From: Arenicellales bacterium
Lineage (GTDB): Bacteria; Pseudomonadota; Gammaproteobacteria; Arenicellales; JAJDZL01
DNA length: 64,000 nt
Assembly: GCA_963664525.1 (NCBI GenBank)
Contig: OY761535.1
Coordinates: 2,703,314 to 2,767,313, forward strand
Direction of reading: 5' to 3'
Position numbers and translations under genes: made by a program. This document shows, one piece after another, positions 19,535-28,707 of this stretch. Under the pieces are notes generated by a model, which saw nothing but the letters and a program-made list of their open reading frames with translations, had not been told where the DNA came from and made no database searches. Numbering within the stretch: position 1 is the first letter of the stretch; each line of letters starts with the position of its first letter.

Positions 19535-19993
19535 GTGAAGTCGTTTAATTTTCACTCAGAACCCTTGCAGGATGAATGGCTTGATGCCTATGGTCATTTG
19601 AACGAAGCCTACTACTTGGTGCCGTTTACCAATGCCAATTGGTCCATGCAGGAATACTTTGAAATTGGCGTGCCCTATTTTGAACAGACCGGCTGTGCGT
19701 TATACACCTTGGAGACCCACGTCCGCTACGTGAATGAGGTCAGAAAACCAGCCCAGCTTAAAGTTGATACCATCATTGTCGGATCTGATCCAAAAAAAAT
19801 CTGGTGCGCGCACATGCTCGTTGTGAACGATCAGATCTGTGCAACAGCAGAGATGGTCATGTTGCACTACAGTACGCGAGACGAACGGGCTGCGCCGATG
19901 CCTGACGCTACACTGACAATGCTGCAGCAGGCGCAAATTACCACCCGCCCCGACTGGATCGGCCGGCATATATCGCTGACAAAAAAACAGTAA
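19535..19993 (+). CDS. Hot-dog-fold thioesterase family protein
   Basis: Probable GTG start at 19535, 8 nt after GAGGA. 'DAYGHLNEAYY' and its ~150 aa size fit 4HBT-type thioesterases. Confidence 0.55.
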   Translation: MKSFNFHSEPLQDEWLDAYGHLNEAYYLVPFTNANWSMQEYFEIGVPYFEQTGCALYTLETHVRYVNEVRKPAQLKVDTIIVGSDPKKIWCAHMLVVNDQICATAEMVMLHYSTRDERAAPMPDATLTMLQQAQITTRPDWIGRHISLTKKQ

Positions 19994-20031
19994 GGCCAAA
20001 CCATCAATATCGGTAATGGAATTGGCTTGAA

Positions 20032-20060
20032 CCAGTAAAATTGCAGGACAATTTTACTGG
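20032..20060 (+). terminator. Perfect 12-bp inverted repeat (CCAGTAAAATTG-cagga-CAATTTTACTGG): hairpin/terminator or operator
   Basis: Read directly: arms at 20032-20043 and 20049-20060 with a 5-nt loop. It lies between the thioesterase stop and the ABC-operon start. Only a weak T-tract follows (TATCACCTGTTTATT). Confidence 0.35.
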
Positions 20061-20128
20061 TATCACCTGTTTATTGATTTAATGCAAGTCTTTTGCGACT
20101 TGAGAAACGACGTTTATTGGAGAAAAAT

Positions 20129-21355
20129 ATGAAAATAAAAAAACTGCTGAGCCTCATTGTGGCTGGCACTGCGATGCTTTTTACAAATTCTGCCGTCATG
20201 GCGGATTGTAAGGACCTGGTACTGGGTTCTGCAATCTCATTGACCGGCAAGTACGCAACCAATGGTGTACATGCCAAGAACGGCTATGAATTCGCCATAC
20301 AAAAAATTAAAGAAGCAGGCGGTGTCAATATTGGCGACGATTGCTACAACTTTAGCGTTATTTATTACGACGATGAATCCAAGGGTGATCGGGGCGCCAC
20401 ACTCGCGGAGCGGTTGATCAACCAGGACCAGGTCCAGTACATGCTTGGACCGTATTCTTCTGGTCTAACCAAAGCCATTGCACCAGTCACCGAAAAATAC
20501 CAGATTCCGATGGTTGAAGCGGAAGGTGCCAGTCGGTCGCTGTTTAACCAAGGCTATAAGTATCTTTTCGCAGTGCTTTCGACATCTGAGCAGTATCTTG
20601 CCTCGGCCATCGCACTGGCTGCTGAAAAGGCCGAAAAGTCAGGCATGTCTTCAGCTGACGTGAAAGTCGCTGTCGCTGTCGAAAACGATCCATTTTCGCT
20701 TGATATTCGGGCTGGAGTGCTTGAAGATGCGAGCAAGTTCGACATGAAAATCGTGGTTGATGAACAGTTGCCACGCGATCTGTCAGACATGAGCGCGATC
20801 TTGACCAAGGTGAAACTGCTCAAGCCGGACGTACTGGTTGTCAGCGGACACTCAAAGGGTGCCGCAACAGCAGTTCGACAGATTGAAGAACAAAATGTCA
20901 ACGTCCCGATGATTGCAATCACGCACTGTGAAGCAGCAGATGTAGTCGGTAACTTTGGTGAAGCAGCTAACGATATTCTTTGTTCGACACAATGGGCTGA
21001 AACGCTGACCTACAGCGATGATATTTTCGGTACTGCCGCAAATTACGAACAAGAATTTAAGGCCGCATTCCCAGAATATGCCGAAAAAACAGTTCCCTAC
21101 CAGACTGCCCAGGCTTCCGCGGCCGTTTATGTATTCAAGGATGCATTCGAACGTGCAGGCTCATTGGACAAAGAAGCCGTCCGCGATGCGCTTGCCGAAA
21201 CTGACCTTCCGACTTTCTACGGGCAAATCAAGTTCTCAGAAGCTGGCAACAACATTGCCAAGCCCATGGTACTGCGCCAGATTCAAGACGGCAAGTACAA
21301 CGTGGTAGCCCCGTCAGCATTCGCTTCACACGAGCTGAACTGGCCGAGAAACTGA
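20129..21355 (+). CDS. ABC transporter substrate-binding protein (Leu/Ile/Val-binding, type-1 PBP family)
   Basis: Signal peptide 'MKIKKLLSLIVAGTAMLFTNSAVMA'. A LivJ-family-like sequence, followed by two HAAT permeases and two ATPases. Confidence 0.8.
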   Translation: MKIKKLLSLIVAGTAMLFTNSAVMADCKDLVLGSAISLTGKYATNGVHAKNGYEFAIQKIKEAGGVNIGDDCYNFSVIYYDDESKGDRGATLAERLINQDQVQYMLGPYSSGLTKAIAPVTEKYQIPMVEAEGASRSLFNQGYKYLFAVLSTSEQYLASAIALAAEKAEKSGMSSADVKVAVAVENDPFSLDIRAGVLEDASKFDMKIVVDEQLPRDLSDMSAILTKVKLLKPDVLVVSGHSKGAATAVRQIEEQNVNVPMIAITHCEAADVVGNFGEAANDILCSTQWAETLTYSDDIFGTAANYEQEFKAAFPEYAEKTVPYQTAQASAAVYVFKDAFERAGSLDKEAVRDALAETDLPTFYGQIKFSEAGNNIAKPMVLRQIQDGKYNVVAPSAFASHELNWPRN

Positions 21356-21372
21356 ATCTGATCAATCTCACT

Positions 21373-21411
21373 ACAGGCAGACCGGCTGTTCTACCCAGCG
21401 GGTCTGCCTGT
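21373..21411 (+). promoter_or_regulatory. Intercistronic stem-loop after the substrate-binding protein (SBP) gene (ACAGGCAGACC...GGTCTGCCTGT)
   Basis: 11-bp perfect arms at 21373-21383 and 21401-21411, with an inner GCTG/CAGC pairing and no U-tract. This is typical of mRNA-stabilising or attenuating hairpins between binding-protein and permease genes. Confidence 0.4.
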
Positions 21412-21478
21412 CAGCCAGTTTGTCCCAATCTCAGTCAAGCCTTCAGGCAATAAAACTTAAACACTTTGTCGCTACGCA

Positions 21479-22390
21479 ATGGAACAGTTTTTATCCAATA
21501 TCTCATTGCTGTTTGAGTTTCCAGTTGTCAATCTGAAGATCGTCATTGATGGAATCATGATTGGCGCACTGTTTGCACTGTCAGCATACGGTTTGGCTTT
21601 AGTTTGGGGGGTGATGAATGTTAAGAATCTGGCACAAGGTGATTTCGTCATTGCGGGCGGTTATGTCGCCTGGTGGCTGTCCAAGCAAGGCGTACACCCC
21701 CTGCTGGGCGTACCGGCAGCGTTTATCGTGCTTTGGGTGGTGGGCTGGCTGATTTACAAAGCTGTGATCACCCGCGTGATTGAGCGAGATCTATTCACGT
21801 CGCTGCTGGCAACCTTCGGCATAGCGATCATTATCGCCCAGGTTCTCAATTTGCTGTTTGGCTCAGATACTCAGAGCATCTCTCTCAAATACGAAACGCT
21901 CTATTTTATGGATGGTTTTATTGACGTACCGATTGCAAAACTGCTTGGAGTGCTGATGGCCTCTGCGTTGGCTGCAGGTGTTATCCTGTTTATGAAATTC
22001 AGCCGAATGGGGCAAGCGATCCGCGCGACGGCACAAGATGCCAGGGCGGCCCGGGTACTGGGCATCAACACTGAAAAAGTCTATGCCTTCACCTTCTCCC
22101 TGAATGCTGCCATATGCGGGGCGGCTGGCGCAATTGTTGTCATGGTCTGGGTTATCCAGCCCTTTTATGGCATCACCCATTCCATACGCTCGTTCGTCAT
22201 CGTCACTGCTGCGGGACTAGGCAACCTGCCTGGAGTGATTGCCGCAGGCTTGGGCATTGGCGCGCTGGAGCAATACGGCGCCCATATTTTTGGAATTGGA
22301 TACCAACAGGCTGTCGCCGTACTTTTATTGCTGCTGGTATTGCTGATTCGATTGCTGCAGCAAAAACGAGTTCGAAAGAGCTTGCAATAA
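21479..22390 (+). CDS. Branched-chain amino acid ABC transporter permease (LivH-like)
   Basis: Polytopic 303-aa protein with LivH-family pattern, in operon context. Confidence 0.8.
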   Translation: MEQFLSNISLLFEFPVVNLKIVIDGIMIGALFALSAYGLALVWGVMNVKNLAQGDFVIAGGYVAWWLSKQGVHPLLGVPAAFIVLWVVGWLIYKAVITRVIERDLFTSLLATFGIAIIIAQVLNLLFGSDTQSISLKYETLYFMDGFIDVPIAKLLGVLMASALAAGVILFMKFSRMGQAIRATAQDARAARVLGINTEKVYAFTFSLNAAICGAAGAIVVMVWVIQPFYGITHSIRSFVIVTAAGLGNLPGVIAAGLGIGALEQYGAHIFGIGYQQAVAVLLLLLVLLIRLLQQKRVRKSLQ

Positions 22391-22396
22391 GGAACC

Positions 22397-23440
22397 GTGG
22401 TGCATACAGTGAATACAAAACGATTTGCATTGTATGGCGGACTGATTGCCTTCACCTTGCTGGCGCCTTATATTCTGCCGGATTTCAAAACTCAGCTTGC
22501 AACGTTGTGGCTGATGATTATTGTCGCAATTACCTGGGACATGACCGGCGGCCAAATGGGATACAACTCGCTTGGAAACATATTCTTCTACGGGACCGGC
22601 ATGTACGTTGCGGCAGTCATCGCGATTGCTCTTGCGTTTAATGTTGGAGACTACACCAATGCATTTGGTACTACGGTCTACAAATTCACCGATCGCCAAT
22701 ATTTCTGGGGCGCATTTTTTGGCATACTTGGCGCAGGCTTTTTTTGTTCATTTTGCGCGCTGATCATCGGCTACATCACCTTTGGTCTGCGCGGCCCTTA
22801 TTTCGCCATTGGCACGCTGGGAGTGGCGATCGCAGCAGGAGAGCTTGTTTCCAACTGGGACTGGGTTGGCGGGGGCCAGGGCATTTCCTTGCCTGTCTTT
22901 CCATATGATCTCGAACTTGGCAAAGTCTATTTCTATTACATGTTTGCGGCAACAGGTGTCGCTGCATTCGTTTTTGCCAAGTGGCTGTACACAACGCGAT
23001 TTGGCGCCGCTATCAATGCCATTCGCGATGATGAAGAAAAGGCGGAAGCCATGGGGATTCATACGATGCGGTACAAACTCACCGCATGGTCTCTTTCGGC
23101 ATTTTTCGTTGGAATAGCAGGCGGAATCTCTGCGTTTCAACTGATTCACTTTGAACCACTGGAAACCGCCTACCAGACGATTAATTTGGGCATTTTTATG
23201 GTGGTATGCGTGTTGCTGGGTGGTAAGGGCACCCTGTGGGGGCCCGTGGTTGGTGCGGTTGTATTTCACCTGTTCAAAGAAGTCACCTGGAACTACCTGC
23301 TTGGCTGGCAGTGGGTTGCGCTTGGAACGCTGATCGTGGTGACCGTGGTGTACTTCAAAGACGGCATCATGGGCTGGCTTATGCATGTCAGACCCGAGTG
23401 GTTCGGCATCCGCGTCGAATCCAGGGAGGAGAGTGCATAG
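22397..23440 (+). CDS. Branched-chain amino acid ABC transporter permease (LivM-like)
   Basis: Polytopic 347-aa protein with LivM-family pattern ('AIRDDEEKAEAMGI'), in operon context. Confidence 0.8.
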   Translation: MVHTVNTKRFALYGGLIAFTLLAPYILPDFKTQLATLWLMIIVAITWDMTGGQMGYNSLGNIFFYGTGMYVAAVIAIALAFNVGDYTNAFGTTVYKFTDRQYFWGAFFGILGAGFFCSFCALIIGYITFGLRGPYFAIGTLGVAIAAGELVSNWDWVGGGQGISLPVFPYDLELGKVYFYYMFAATGVAAFVFAKWLYTTRFGAAINAIRDDEEKAEAMGIHTMRYKLTAWSLSAFFVGIAGGISAFQLIHFEPLETAYQTINLGIFMVVCVLLGGKGTLWGPVVGAVVFHLFKEVTWNYLLGWQWVALGTLIVVTVVYFKDGIMGWLMHVRPEWFGIRVESREESA

Positions 23441-23442
23441 TT

Positions 23443-24186
23443 GTGAGCCGAATTATTGAACTTGAAGGTGTATCGAAGCACTACGGCGGAGTCGTTGCTA
23501 ACAACAACATTTCGATGGGCGTCGAAAAAGGCGACATCACAGGTCTGATCGGGCCCAATGGTTCCGGTAAGACGACGTTGTTTAACTCGATCGTCGGATA
23601 TCACCCGATCGATGCAGGTTCTATTCATTTCGAAGGTCGCGAAATATCCAAAAAACCGGTACAGGATATTGCCCGTATGGGTCTGATCCGGACATTTCAG
23701 CAAACACGGGTCTACGGCAAGATGAACTGTGTGCAAAACATGCTGATATCACTGCCGCATCGAAAGATGAAATTCTTAGAGTCGTTTCACCGCAATACCG
23801 AGAGCGATTACGAAAAAGCCGATCGTCTGCTGGATTTTGTCGGACTTTACGAAAAGCGCTACCTGACAGCGGGGTCGCTTTCGTTTGGACAGCAAAAGCT
23901 CTTGGAATTTGCCATGGCTTTGATGAACGAACCCACCGCTTTACTACTGGATGAACCCACTGCCGGCATAAACCCAACGTTGATTAACGGGCTGATTGAT
24001 CGTTTAAAGCGTGCGAACAGTGAGTTTGGAATTACACTTTTTGTTATTGAGCACAACATGCGGGTCATCATGAATCTGGCAAATCGAATTTACTGTCTCG
24101 CACACGGCGAATTGCTTGCCGAGGGGCGCCCCGAGGAAATCCAGAACAACCAGAAAGTCATTGATGCCTATCTTGGAACTCACTGA
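23443..24186 (+). CDS. ABC transporter ATP-binding protein (LivG-like)
   Basis: GTG 23443 lies 2 nt after the permease stop. Walker A 'GPNGSGKTT', signature 'LSFGQQKLLE', Walker B 'LLLDEP'. The track ORF from 23236 is an upstream extension. Confidence 0.85.
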   Translation: MSRIIELEGVSKHYGGVVANNNISMGVEKGDITGLIGPNGSGKTTLFNSIVGYHPIDAGSIHFEGREISKKPVQDIARMGLIRTFQQTRVYGKMNCVQNMLISLPHRKMKFLESFHRNTESDYEKADRLLDFVGLYEKRYLTAGSLSFGQQKLLEFAMALMNEPTALLLDEPTAGINPTLINGLIDRLKRANSEFGITLFVIEHNMRVIMNLANRIYCLAHGELLAEGRPEEIQNNQKVIDAYLGTH

Positions 24187-24210
24187 TCGAACCGCCATCA
24201 TCCATCGAAA

Positions 24211-25083
24211 ATGAATAATTCCGAATCTGAATCAGTCAAAGGCTACGGCAGCGGAAACGTTGATGCGGTCATTTCCGTTGATGAAGTCACCCGCCAGGCG
24301 GCCCAAATTGCAGAAAATATCTCGCTGGAACAACTCGACGACTTGGTCGATGGCGAGCCCTTTGTCACCATCAATCATCTTAATGCAGGATACGGAAAAA
24401 TGGAAATCCTGCATGACTTCAACCTGCGCGTTGGCCGTAAGCAGTCGCTTTGCCTGATTGGCCCGAACGGTGCAGGTAAATCGACCATTTTGCATTCAAT
24501 CTTCGGTTTTACTAATATTTACTCGGGTCAAATTACGATCGGTAGCACAGACAATCCAATGGATGTAACCACGCTGACTCCCAACCAAAAACTCTCTGGC
24601 GCAGGTATTGCTTACATATTGCAGGACAAATCCATTTTCCCCGGTATGACGGTGGAGGAAAACCTTTGGATGGGTGGATTTTTGAAAGACCAGCCCAGCA
24701 AGGCCAAACAGAGTGCAGAAATGATATTTGAGCGTTATCCCAGGCTCGCAGCAAGACGCAAGCATCAGGCCAAAGTGCTTTCGGGCGGTGAACGCCGGCT
24801 TTTGGAGATATCACGCGCACTGGTTATGGAACCATCGGTTCTGCTTGTCGATGAACCATCTATTGGACTGGAACCGCGATTCATTGACATGGTATTTGAA
24901 ATCCTTGACGACTTGCAACACCGCGATGGCAAGACAATCATCATGGTTGAGCAAAACGCCAAAAAAGGGCTTGAATTTGCCGACATCGGTTATGTACTGG
25001 TATCTGGGCAGTTGGCGATTGCAGGCAAGGGCAACGACCTTCTTTCGAACCCCAAAGTTGGTGAGTTATTCTTGGGCGGTTAG
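24211..25083 (+). CDS. ABC transporter ATP-binding protein (LivF-like), possibly with ~50-aa N-terminal extension
   Basis: Walker A 'GPNGAGKST', signature 'LSGGERRLLE', Walker B 'LLVDEP'. The core starts near 'FVTINHLNAGYG'. An alternative TTG start exists at 24340. Confidence 0.8.
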   Translation: MNNSESESVKGYGSGNVDAVISVDEVTRQAAQIAENISLEQLDDLVDGEPFVTINHLNAGYGKMEILHDFNLRVGRKQSLCLIGPNGAGKSTILHSIFGFTNIYSGQITIGSTDNPMDVTTLTPNQKLSGAGIAYILQDKSIFPGMTVEENLWMGGFLKDQPSKAKQSAEMIFERYPRLAARRKHQAKVLSGGERRLLEISRALVMEPSVLLVDEPSIGLEPRFIDMVFEILDDLQHRDGKTIIMVEQNAKKGLEFADIGYVLVSGQLAIAGKGNDLLSNPKVGELFLGG

Positions 25084-25229
25084 CCGTATCAGCTGTAGCT
25101 AAGGCGAATCGTTTCGCCAAAGTGATCCGCCTTGACTGAAACAAGGGATGTTTTCCAGGTCACTGACGCACCCGTTCGAATCTTCCAAACATATGGCACT
25201 GATCTGATTCGATCGATTGTGTAATGAAC

Positions 25230-25272
25230 AAAAAAATCCCTGGCGACACGCCATTGCGCAACCGCCAGGGAT
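25230..25272 (-). terminator. Rho-independent terminator of the AGCS symporter gene
   Basis: On the minus strand: stem TCCCTGGCG/CGCCAGGGA (25237-25245 / 25263-25271) followed by a run of 7 U (plus-strand A-run at 25230-25236), ~35 nt after the stop. Confidence 0.7.
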
Positions 25273-25306
25273 CGTAGTTAGAAATTAACTAAGCTTCAAA
25301 ATGTCA

Positions 25307-26695
25307 TTAACGCATTCTGCTTAGGGGTGTGCCCTCTTTTTCAAAGTATTCGCGTGTCACCTTGAATACCATCGGTGCCAACAACAGCAGGCCAATCAGG
25401 TTGGGCACTGCCATCAGGCCGTTTAGCGTGTCTGACAGGTTCCATACAAGATCAACCTTAACGTTGGCGAATGACAATGCTGCCAGCACCCAAAATGCCC
25501 GATAGATCAGCACACTCTTTTCGCTGAACAAGTACTGCCAACAGCGCTCGCCGTAATATGACCACCCTAAAATCGTGGTAAATGCAAATACAACCAGTGC
25601 AATTGTCACGATGTATTGCCCGCCACCAATACTGGCATCAAATGCCTGTGAGGTGAGAACTGCGCCAGTGTAGCCACCGCCTTCTGGAGCAATCAAAGTC
25701 CACGCGCCAGAGGTCAGAATCACCAATGCGGTCATGGTGCACACGACCAATGTATCGATAAAAGTTCCCAACATTGCAATGATTCCTTGCCTGACAGGAT
25801 TATTTGTCTGTGCTGCAGCATGTGCAATCGCTGCTGAACCGAGTCCAGATTCATTCGAAAACACACCGCGCGCCACACCAAATCGAATCGCTGCTGCGAC
25901 AGCTGCCCCGGCAAATCCACCCGTTGCTGCTGCTGGATTGAATGCATAGGTAAAAATCATGCCGATTGCTTCTGGAACTTTTGAAATATTGAGCATAATG
26001 ATAATGAACGAGGCGCCAATATAGAGCACGATCATTGCGGGAACCAGCTTACCAGCGACATCACCGATACGACGGATTCCGCCAAGAATCACGAATCCAA
26101 CCAACCCTGCCACGACAACGCCAGTAATCCAGGTCGGTACGCTGAAACTCGAATCCAGTGCTTGGGCCATCGAATTGACTTGTACCGCGTTGCCGATACC
26201 AAAAGCTGCCACGGCGCCGAAAATTGCGAACGCCAAGCCCAGGTATTTACCCAATTCGGGAGCAAACTCACCAACACCATTTCTAAGGTAGTACATGGGT
26301 CCGCCAACAAACTTACCGTTTTTATCCACTTCTCTGTAGCGTACTGCACAAACCGCCTCGGCATACTTGGTTGCCATACCAAACAGCGCGATCAGCCACA
26401 TATAAAATATTGCGCCAGGCCCACCCAGTGCAATCGCCGTTGCTACGCCGGCGATATTTCCTGTACCAACAGTGGCTGAAAGTGCAGTCATCAGCGCGTT
26501 AAACGGCTTGACTTCTCCTTCTCCTTCTGCTGCTCCTTTGGCGAAAAGCAGTTTGAACCCATAGATTACTTTGCGCCACGGCATGAATACCAGTCCCAAC
26601 GTCAGCAATACGCCGGTAACTCCCAGCATACCGAGCATTGGCGGTCCCCACGCAAAGGCATTAATCGAATTGATAATTGAGTTTAATTGATCCAT
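25307..26695 (-). CDS. Alanine/glycine:cation (sodium) symporter, AGCS family
   Basis: 462-aa polytopic protein. The 'ALSATVGTGNIAGVATAI' motif is characteristic of AGCS transporters. Confidence 0.85.
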   Translation of the reverse strand: MDQLNSIINSINAFAWGPPMLGMLGVTGVLLTLGLVFMPWRKVIYGFKLLFAKGAAEGEGEVKPFNALMTALSATVGTGNIAGVATAIALGGPGAIFYMWLIALFGMATKYAEAVCAVRYREVDKNGKFVGGPMYYLRNGVGEFAPELGKYLGLAFAIFGAVAAFGIGNAVQVNSMAQALDSSFSVPTWITGVVVAGLVGFVILGGIRRIGDVAGKLVPAMIVLYIGASFIIIMLNISKVPEAIGMIFTYAFNPAAATGGFAGAAVAAAIRFGVARGVFSNESGLGSAAIAHAAAQTNNPVRQGIIAMLGTFIDTLVVCTMTALVILTSGAWTLIAPEGGGYTGAVLTSQAFDASIGGGQYIVTIALVVFAFTTILGWSYYGERCWQYLFSEKSVLIYRAFWVLAALSFANVKVDLVWNLSDTLNGLMAVPNLIGLLLLAPMVFKVTREYFEKEGTPLSRMR

Positions 26696-27321
26696 TATTT
26701 TCCTCCGACTCGGTCGAGTCTGCGATGATATTGTTTATTTCTACGCGCTGTGCAATTCAAATCATTTGAACTTCGCACACAGTAATTTTCAATATTAGCA
26801 TAAATGGATACCAATCGCACAATTCGATTTTGCACAATTCGCGCGAGGTTATACGAATAGTGAATAAATTTAGGAATTTGTGCGCCGAACGGATTTGAAG
26901 TGAGTGACAGCAGCGATAAATTTTGGTTACACACAGTGATGACTGCTGGACATGTTGAAATTGTAACGGAACTCGAATTCAGACGTTTGTATAAACGTAT
27001 CGGACTGGTATATCTTGTTGAAACTTGGTTTGGTCAGCAAAAACTCTCAGAGAATTTTGCATTTTGTGTGGGCTGGGACGAGAATTCTTGCTTTGGAGTC
27101 CATGACGTGTGCGGTATTTGCGAGTCGCTATAGTTTGAAGTGGATGTAGTTTTCAATTCAACGCTAAATGTTGTACTTTGACAGCTTTCGTCATTCCAAA
27201 AGTTCAATGCGATAAAATTTTGAACTCGGTCGATCAAAGCCCAAGCCTGATCAAGTCACGGGTTCATCACTTGGCTGTATTTTCGATCCTCGCCTGAAAT
27301 CTGGAACCAAGTTCAACAACA

Positions 27322-28707
27322 ATGAAATACATCAGCACGCGAGGCACTTCGCCTGAACTGGATTTTGAGCAGGCTGCAACCTGCGGCTTAGCATCTGATG
27401 GCGGCCTTTTTGTGCCAAAACAATGGCCGACGTTCAGTACGGACGAGATGCGCTCGCTCAGTGGCCACTCGTACGGCGAAGTCGCACACGCAGTGCTTCG
27501 CAAGTTTACGGGAAATCATGTGCCCGGCGAAGTGCTTCACAACATTGTCACCACCGCTTATGACGGTTTTGATCATCCACAAGTCGCACCGATTCGCGAA
27601 ATTCGCTCTGGCCTGCACATTTTGGAGCTGTTTCACGGTCCAACACTTTCATTTAAAGACTATGCGCTGCAGTTTCTCGGTCGATTTATGAACTGGAGTC
27701 TCAGTCAACGCAAAAACCATCTCACTGTTGTCGGCGCCACCTCTGGAGATACTGGCTCTGCAGCAATCAGTGCAGTCGCAGGTCTGGAAACTATTGATCT
27801 TTACATGCTCCACCCTTTTCAGCGCGTTTCCGAGATGCAGCGTCGTCAAATGACAACTTGCCAGGACCTAAACATCTTTAACTACGCAATAGACGGTACA
27901 TTCGATGACTGCCAGTCCATCGTTAAAACCATTTTTTCCGACCGCGAGGTCCAACAGCAATACAACCTTGGTGCAGTCAACTCGATTAACTGGGGCCGCA
28001 TTTCTGCCCAGGTCGCGTATTATTTTTATGCGGCTTTGCAATTGGGAGCACCGGGGACCAAGGTCAGTTTTGCTGTCCCAACTGGAAACTTCGGCAACGT
28101 CTTTGCTGCCTGGACCGCATCCAAGATGGGACTGCCAATCGATCAAATCATCGTATGCTCCAATGCCAATGACATTCTCACCCGGTTTTTTGAAACCGGT
28201 GTCATGAAAAAATATGGAGTCAAACAAACTGTTACGCCCAGCATGGATATCGAAGTTTCAAGCAATTTCGAGCGTTTTTTGTTTGAGATATATCAGCGCG
28301 ATGGTGAGTCGGTCGCTAATCTGATGCAAAGCCTCAAGCAAACGGGAAGCTTTGAAGTCGGATACGACAAGCTTCGCCAGGCCCAAAGCCACTTCAGCGC
28401 CATACGGGTCAATGATGCTCAAACCTGCGAGACCATCGCCAGCCACTACACCGCAACCGGGGAAATCATCGATCCTCATTCCGCCGTTGCCTTGACTGCG
28501 GTTAATCGCCTCGATGAGCCATTGAGCACACCGATGATTGTCGTTGCCACCGCCCACCCAGCGAAATTTTCTGAGACTATCGAACGCACAATCGGTATTC
28601 CTGTACCACTGCCCAATAAACTACGCGACATCGTAGACCTCCCTGAACGCTATCGACGTATATCAAGCGATTCAAATGAACTCAAGACCTTGATGCTGGA
28701 TGCATGA
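27322..28707 (+). CDS. thrC: Threonine synthase
   Basis: 'MKYISTRG' N-terminus, PLP-lysine motif 'PTLSFKD', 'ATSGDTGSAA'. Long-form ThrC, 461 aa. Confidence 0.9.
   Translation: MKYISTRGTSPELDFEQAATCGLASDGGLFVPKQWPTFSTDEMRSLSGHSYGEVAHAVLRKFTGNHVPGEVLHNIVTTAYDGFDHPQVAPIREIRSGLHILELFHGPTLSFKDYALQFLGRFMNWSLSQRKNHLTVVGATSGDTGSAAISAVAGLETIDLYMLHPFQRVSEMQRRQMTTCQDLNIFNYAIDGTFDDCQSIVKTIFSDREVQQQYNLGAVNSINWGRISAQVAYYFYAALQLGAPGTKVSFAVPTGNFGNVFAAWTASKMGLPIDQIIVCSNANDILTRFFETGVMKKYGVKQTVTPSMDIEVSSNFERFLFEIYQRDGESVANLMQSLKQTGSFEVGYDKLRQAQSHFSAIRVNDAQTCETIASHYTATGEIIDPHSAVALTAVNRLDEPLSTPMIVVATAHPAKFSETIERTIGIPVPLPNKLRDIVDLPERYRRISSDSNELKTLMLDA

Noticed and set aside
22748-23386. Large antisense or alternative-frame ORFs inside confident genes (e.g. 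22748..23386 -, 12310..12750 -, 35733..36353 +, 46253..46825 +, 54431..54883 -, 9846..10505 -)
   Set aside because: They lie entirely within genes that have clear family motifs on the other strand or frame. They have low-complexity or Arg/Ser/Cys-rich translations and no recognisable motifs. They are typical shadow ORFs.
24211-24340. N-terminal ~45-50 aa acidic extension of the LivF-like ATPase as a novel domain
   Set aside because: The extension may be an annotation artefact. An in-frame TTG at 24340 lies just before the conserved ATPase core, and neither candidate start has a convincing RBS. This is not resolvable without homologue alignment.
26696-26900. Glycine riboswitch upstream of the alanine/glycine:cation symporter
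   Set aside because: I read the minus-strand leader and found none of the conserved glycine-aptamer elements (no GGAGAG...CACCG...GGGCAA-type cores). Only a short palindrome next to the SD was found.
26900-27133. 77-aa GTG-initiated ORF in the symporter-thrC intergenic region
   Set aside because: It has no RBS and no recognisable motif, its composition matches the surrounding non-coding DNA, and it has a Cys/Trp-rich odd translation. The support is insufficient to call a gene.
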